A DNA stretch of 55,890 bases, filler included, from Dugesia japonica (lineage: Eukaryota): NCBI GenBank assembly GCA_001938525.1. It is 4 parts of 4 records of this genome, joined end to end, with 100 filler letters (N's around TTAATTAATTAA, not from the genome) between each part and the next. Parts side by side here need not be neighbours in the genome. Positions count along the whole stretch, not along the records: positions 46,282 to 55,890 come from MQRL01316522.1; 3 more parts are not named here. One strand, given 5' to 3'. The position numbers were made by a program, and so were the translations under genes. The notes under the pieces are model-generated. The model was not told where the DNA came from and searched no databases. It saw only the letters and a list, made by a program, of their open reading frames with translations. This document shows, piece by piece, positions 49,106 through 55,890 of the stretch (the first letter of the stretch is position 1; every line of letters starts with the position of its first letter).

Positions 49106-50500
49106 TTCAGATTATGGCAATCACGTGGAATGAAAGAAATTTTGGAATTTTACCTAAAATATATGCCTGCACTCTTTTATACACTCCTTTCATTTTGGCC
49201 CCATTGTCGTATTATTGATCTCGGCAGTCAGATAGCTTTAGACCTGAGGTATTTAAATCACCCTTCATTGTCTCAAATAAACCCTTTCTCGTAGTGTCGC
49301 CAACTCTTACAAATGCAATAAAATATTCCAGAATTTTTACGTCCCTTTTTTTTATATCAACACAGCGTAAGACAACTGATAGTTGCTCCTGATGACTTAT
49401 ATCAGACGTACAATCAAGTAATATAGAATAATATTTGCAGTGCTTTATCAATTCTATTATTTTGTTTTTAATTTTATTTCCCAAAGAATTAATTAATTTA
49501 TTTTGAATTAAATGAGACAAATAACGGTTCTTCTTATTTTCTTGACGTTTTGAATGGTAGTACAATTAAGATGATCTTTTAAAACCGGATAAAATCAAGC
49601 ACTCAGTTCTAATATATATAACGAGCTGCCATTGTGCGGTGAATATAGCGTATCACTACTTCCTCGGAAAGCTAAATTATGTTCAGATAAATTTAAAATA
49701 GTTCCGATTATACGTTCAAAAACCTTTTTCCAACGAAGTGTTTCAATACCAATTATTCGTTCATGTTATTGATCTATTGTATTATCAATGTTTAGATTGT
49801 GTTGAGTTTAAGGCCACGTTTGCATAGATTTTATAAGATGTACTGATTACTCATGCGCTTTAAGCCCTTAACTCATATGAATCCAATCATTAAAACCATT
49901 ATTTTATAATGATACATCAATTTCGTTATCCATAAACAGTTTACATTGAAAACACCATATTTTGTTCATAGTTTTCGAAAATATTAGCCATCGTCTTTTT
50001 AGAGTTTGGTCGTTTGTAACTTTCTATAATATTTTATAGAAAAAGATCTTTTATTTTTGTCTAAAGGAAAATCGAAATTATTTATTTGAACAAGACCAAT
50101 TCTGATATGTTTCAATATTTTACTTGACCTAGTACCAGGGTCTTCAAAATCTAAAAGATTAATTTCTTCTACGGTTTCAATATCAAATTTTTCTAATTCA
50201 AAATCATTACAGGGTTTTCTTCTTGTGGATCACTTTCAAAAATAATACTATTACTTGCCTCATTATAATTTTTTTCAAGTTTGTCACCAGCACCATTAAT
50301 ATCTGTATCCTCAGCTTATTGCGACTGTGAGCTTCTACTTCTACATTACTACTATGAGCGAATACAGTATTAGACACGTTGACGACATATTTTAGAATAC
50401 TATTACTTTGTTTATTCTCCAGTTATTCACCCTTTAATTTGTTCTTAAGTTTTTCACTCTCACTAAAATATTTTCTTCCTCGATCTCGATATATTCTCAT
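49106..50500 (-). mobile_element. hAT transposase pseudogene (TTF zinc finger/DUF4371 type) interrupted by the Gypsy
   Basis: RRWLIFSKTMNKIWCFQCKLF, AFRGSSD, YYSILLDCTSDISHQEQLSVVLRCV, DNGAKMKG and CHNLN, the last at the insertion point. Confidence 0.9.
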
Positions 50501-52219
50501 TTTGCCACCTTAAATGTATACAATAAATAAATATAGCAAAATCTGCTATTTATACCTAATTACTGAGTATATTTTTAACTATTTACCAATAAGAATTATA
50601 ATATCTATTATATTATAAACACAAATACTAGAAATTAATTATTTTTACACAAATACGTTAAATACAGGACACCAACCAATACGGTAGAATTATTATAATG
50701 TATTGCAAAAAATACAAAGTTAAAATATTCTTTGGTTTTTCGAATATTTAAAAAAAAAGCTAACTGCAACTATAAATTAAAATTTTCTTTCAAAAAAGTT
50801 TGAATTTGAATTTCCACTGTAAGAATTAAAAATTGAAAATTGCAATTTAAAATTTGAAGAAGAAAATGTTTTAAAAAATTTCTAGAATTTTTTAAATTTT
50901 TTAAAAACTTTTTTTAAATATTCAGCTTTTAAAAATATAGTTTTCTTGGAAGATTTGAAGATTTAAAATTTCATTTTTTAAATAAAATTTTATTGAACTT
51001 TATGGAGTTTTCGGAAAGTTTATCTGTAACTAACATGGCGACCAACGCTTCAATGGACTTCATTCGAGAAGCCCTACACCCAAGAATTTACCGATATGGT
51101 GACGATATTGAACAGTAAACAAAAAAACCTCTTGGTGGTTGGCTCAATTGATCGAGAACTAAGAGAAGCATATGAATGCCAAGATGAATTATTAGATTTT
51201 GAGGACCGACTGAGAAATTCGTTCCACAAAAAGACAATTCTAATACAAGACTTGGAGGAAGCTTTAAAATACAAGATAACGGATGAACACGTTTATGTGT
51301 ACAAGAAAAAGATTTTATCACTGGTCGATAAAATCTTTGTACACAAACTAGACAAAGAAGAGATGACAAAAGAATTAATATTTAATAGTTGCTGCTATAA
51401 AAGGATGAAAATAAAGATTATAGGAGGCAAACTAAGCAACTAGGAAGAAATATTTGAAACAATAAAAACAAATGATGAACTAAATTATAAATACAGTGGA
51501 GAGTTACAGCAATGCTGTAAAAAGAGGCATAACAAAAGAATGTTTCTCAAGGGTTAACCGAATTAAAATTGAAGCAAAAAAGACATTATATGTTGGTCAT
51601 GTCTAAAGATAGATCATATCAGCAGAAGTTCAAAATGTGTAAACAATGTACATCAGCCAAAACAATGTAATACTAATTTGAAAATAAAAAATGTGTGGAC
51701 TAATGCAATAAGACCGCAGAATAACGGAATAAGAAACAAAGCAGCACTAAATAGACGAAGAGAGGAAACAAACGGAAGATAAAACAATAATAATAGATTT
51801 GCAAAACAAAATAGGAGGATATCAGCTAATAATAAATAAATAATAATTGAGGACTTTCATCTAAGTTATAATTGATAATTCGAAGACTCGGGAAAAATTG
51901 CTTGAGAGTATTGATTTTCTTTCCATTTACTTGATTATTCACATAAAACAATAGATCATTAGAAATTGCTTGTAAGTCATTAAGAATTCAAATTGAATCA
52001 AATTTACAATCTCTACCAATCAACCCAAGATGATGATGCTCGAGCCGTAAGTACTCATTAGTTTGAGCAGATTTTGATAAACTATTTATTGATTTCGTCA
52101 TGACAAACATGTAATAAAACGGTTGAAGAATATTATACACATCCATTATACATAATTCTTATATTAAATATTCGGCATTATTATCCTAAAAGGCTTCATA
52201 AAAACACAGATATTTTAAA

Positions 52220-52600
52220 TATTTATTGATAATCACATTAACATTGTTTATACTGGCTTTTTTGAGCCATTTAATACAATATTGTCCACATAGAAATGTC
52301 AATGAATTCTGATACATAAATTGATTGTATTCGACACGTTGTTACATACGCTCTGATTTTGTTACTAGCAATGGTGGATAAAACATACCCATCGGATCAA
52401 ATACACGAATAATATTTGATTTGACATGAATAGCAATCCAATGCTCACCATAAAAATTCGAGGTATGTGTATTGATAACATAACATCCGTTTTGTAAAAG
52501 GTCCGGTAAACGTTCTAGTGGATACACTCCTTCAAATCGTTTGCTGCCCAAATCTCGTTTCAATATTGTTTCAATCTGGAAAGTACTATCAATCAATAAA
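52220..52600 (-). pseudogene. Maverick adenain-like cysteine protease
   Basis: FEGVYP..LP, YVINTH, GEHWIAI, FDPMG and YQNSLTFLCGQYC; one internal stop. Confidence 0.9.
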
Positions 52601-52667
52601 TTCCTTTTATAAAAAAAATCAATACATACTTCATACTTTGCAATACACACATACATGCATGTATTGT

Positions 52668-53724
52668 TTATACAACAACTACTCCATTCTTGGTCATTTG
52701 AATTTCCGAATCAAACACTCCATATGTATATATTGTCACTGATTCCGCCAAGACTTTATGAAATTGCACATCCAACTTGAGATTTCTAGTTTTTGGCAAT
52801 TGCGATTTATCCACAGCAAAGTCGGGATAAAATATAAAGGTGAAACACTTATACGAGTCTTTAAATTCCTTATTTCCAATATCATTGTTTCAATCTACAT
52901 TTAACATAGCCATATTACAAATAATCGATTGAACATATGCCTCGGTATAGTCACCATTAAAATCAGTAGTATAAGTTTCTCGATAATCAACATTTCTCGC
53001 ATATTGACTTTACACCGAAAATTGAGAATCTTGAACCAAATAAACCGTAATCACCACTTGCTCGTTTTGATAATTGAAAAGCAATCAAAACAATCTTTCA
53101 GTAATCGTTCATCAGAAAAGAGATTATCTTTGTATTCTCCATGTGAGATTATCTTTGTTTACTCCATGTGAGATTTTCGGGATTGTAAAATGCAAAACAT
53201 TTGTTTTCTGGAAAGGGTATAATGCATTTTAATGTTCCAATTCTTGACGATGTCCACTCATAACCAACTGATCAACACAAACACGCTGCACTACCAATTT
53301 TGCTTTTATAATGTACAGTTGTGGATTCATCTCAACTGTTTCTTTAACGTCTTTAGTGTATTTGTAAATTACCGAACCCACATTTCTCGTCAGTTTAATT
53401 ATCACATTGACTCCATGCAACAAATATTTTGGTTGATCAAAGAAATACAGATTAAGTGCACAACAGAGCGTAAGCTTTGCAGATGTATTAATCCAACCTT
53501 TTCTCTTGTCATCTTCTTTATGATAACCAATAGTTTCAAGTAAAGTGTTTATTGTTTCCGATTGAAAATTCGATTCGGCTGCAATTACCGCCTTTTGCAA
53601 ATAAGTATCATTTGTATCTTCAACCTTTACATTATTTAGTGTTAATGATTCTTTTTTGAATAAAATGTGAAGCAAATAATTGAAAAGACGACTATACATT
53701 GTAATAATAGCTCGATCAACCATT
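52668..53724 (-). pseudogene. Maverick major capsid protein (double jelly roll), with deletions and frameshifts
   Basis: FFDQPKYLLHGVNVIIKLTRN, LYIIKAKLVVQRV and C-terminal YGVFDSEIQMTKNGVV. Confidence 0.85.
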
Positions 53725-53755
53725 TCCAAAATAAATAAAATTGTAATCAAATTGT

Positions 53756-55102
53756 TTATACTTGTCAAAAATGTAGAGTTAAACTTGTTTTTGATCTATA
53801 TCGAAAATCAATCAATCTTCCCGCATCATTACGTCTGTTTACTTCGATTTTATTGATGGAAGAGGATGATACAGGTAAATACATTGGATTTTCAAGTCTT
53901 AAATACACAACATCACCAAACAAATGCTTATTTACTATCATACCATATACTCCTCAAAAGTGTCATGTGTACATCACCAAGTAGAATTGGATCGACTTTT
54001 GATGAGTAAATATATAATTTTCTGATACCAACATGTAATAAAGGTTTATACGAACCCTTTACTTGTTCTGTAGACTTGTATAATTTCGCAGAAGAAAGAC
54101 TGAGTATTAACGAAAGACTCACATCAAATGATACATACTCAACATTATCAAGTAATTTAAACATGATTAGTCCAAATTTTGAATCTATATCAAATTCTTT
54201 TTATCGCATAATTTTATAAATAATGTAACCAGATTATCCAGATCCATAACCATTAAATCACTTTCAAATTAAAATTAATTGATTTCTGTTTTTATTTCAG
54301 TAAATTTTAATCTAACATCGATTTTGGAAATATTATCCAACATTTGAGTATCTGATTCGATAAATGAGTCCATCAGTTTGTTTTTCGTCGTTTGCGAATT
54401 AAATCCCAGTAACCGAGCATCAAACTATGAAATAAACTACAATTCCATATTGCAATCAGATTTGATAATTATTTTCTTTTCCCTATTAATACTAATTTCA
54501 CAATTAGTTTATTTTTCGATTCAGCAAATAACAGGTTTTCCATTTTAAATCTCACCATTTACATTTTTTTCAATTTCTTTTATTCTAGCCTTTTCTTCCT
54601 CAATAGTAATTAAATTTAATTTTAAAGATATTGGTGGCATATTTTCCAGAATCAACTGCTCATCAGATTCAATAACTGAAACTAATGGCTTCTTACTTTT
54701 GGTATTGATTAAATTGAATCCAAAATTCTTTGCATCTGATAACGAATTAAACTCCATTTCTACTTGACAATCTGTTTTTAATATTACTTTATTTTCATCG
54801 GAAAATATATACCAATTATATTTATTGATAGGGATGGTATTATTAAGTTGAAGACTACCATCTACAATACTTAATTGAAATTTATCTTCAATTTCCATCA
54901 ACTCTATTATTTTATATTCAAATTTTGAACACTTTCGGTTAGTTTGTGGACAATAATTGAAAACAAATTCTGTTATGACAACTTACCAATGGTCATATTT
55001 TAAATTGATGGCATTCTCATAGACAACCAAATACTTGTTTGCATTATTATCAGGTCAAGTTCTTGGACAACTTTTGCTTGGTAAAACCATATAGAAACTC
55101 AT
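53756..55102 (-). pseudogene. Maverick minor capsid (penton) protein with a long variable insert
   Basis: N-terminal MSFYMVLPSKSC..PDNNANKY and C-terminal LYIYSSKVDPILLGDVHMTLLRSI...NPMYLPVSSSSINKIEV..RNDAG. Confidence 0.85.
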
Positions 55103-55890
55103 TATTGGATTTAAAATGCTTGAATACCCATGTCTTTCAACCAGATATTGTTTATATTGTCTATGACCTTTGGTTTTGAGAATTGATTTGATTTGATATA
55201 TACTTGGCTTTTCAGGAAAACATTGCAATTCCTGGTCATAAAATTTGCCTTGAATAATATAACCATCTTCATCACGTATTAAATACATGACTAAGGTCTG
55301 TCTCGTATTGATTTCCGAGATTTGAAAAACTTCATCACTCCAATATTATCAAAGTTTTTAATGAATGGCGTAGTACTAATTCGAGAAATCCGTACATGTT
55401 TTCCAATTTTATATTTTGGTTTTGGCTTATTATTGATGAAATATTATGTATAATCACCATCATCTGTAACATCTTCAGGTTTTTGTCTTCCAATACCACT
55501 ATGCTCAGAATGAATGTATGCATAAATCATTTTTGGTAAAACATCTACCTATTTTTTGTTACGTTGTTTGGTAAAGAACTTGTTTAATCGCGTGAGTAGT
55601 GTTCGATTAAATCTTTCAACTAAAGCAGCCTTGTACTGAGAAAAAACTGAATAGTGCAGTATACTGTATTGTTTCAGTAATGATTTGACCTGTGTATTGT
55701 AAAACTCTTTACCCAAATTGGTTTGAATAGCTTTTGGCTCAACATCTTTAAACATTGCTGTCAAAGCCAACCACATATCTTTGGTAGATTTCCGTTTTAC
55801 TAAAACCGCACACGCAAATCGACTAAATACATCAACACATGTCGAAATATATCTATAATCATCATTTATTCTTGTATATAAAATCATTTT
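55100..55890 (-). pseudogene. Maverick retroviral-like (c-) integrase with a chromodomain-like tail
   Basis: CVDVFSRFA, IQTNLGKEFYN, KAALVERFNRTL, GKFYDQELQ and YQIKSILKTKG..KQYLVERHGY. Confidence 0.9.

Larger units (their letters stand above)
51035..55890 (-). mobile_element. Degenerate Maverick/Polinton block (left boundary uncertain; continues past the window end)
   Basis: Co-oriented integrase, minor capsid, major capsid and adenain-like protease, plus small orphan ORFs at 51035-52180. Confidence 0.9.

Overview
A very AT-rich animal genomic window made mostly of decayed mobile DNA. Short 44-55 nt GT-AG introns, (ATT)n arrays and cecropia- and mauritiana-type mariners suggest a planarian/flatworm, but the species is an inference. 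Three identical 100-nt spacers (N44-TTAATTAATTAA-N44) at about 20.4, 36.7 and 46.2 kb show that at least four contigs are artificially joined. Host-type genes: a spliced sorbitol dehydrogenase pseudogene, the first three coding exons of a MARK/PAR-1 kinase, CUB-like and LDLa exons, an 81-aa two-exon microgene and an intronless orphan ORF. Mobile DNA: four mariners, a plant/Stowaway-type DD39D-like element, a rosa/DD41D-like remnant, a full-length Tigger carrying a solo LTR, a hAT and a hAT MITE, Penelope elements, several Gypsy remnants and a Maverick/Polinton block (integrase, minor capsid, major capsid, protease). Two things stand out. (1) A decayed retroelement Gag polyprotein with 3-4 tandem ubiquitin/SUMO-like domains and a SIM-like motif (8.2-11.6 kb). 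(2) A two-copy, virus-like cassette of spliced orphan ORFs (24.1-26.2 kb and 29.0-29.6 kb). It encodes a TM + PPxY protein and a coiled-coil protein with a KATQT (LC8-type) motif, and it ends in a structured 179-nt TG...CA segment. All family calls come from manual translation and motif recognition; no searches were run.
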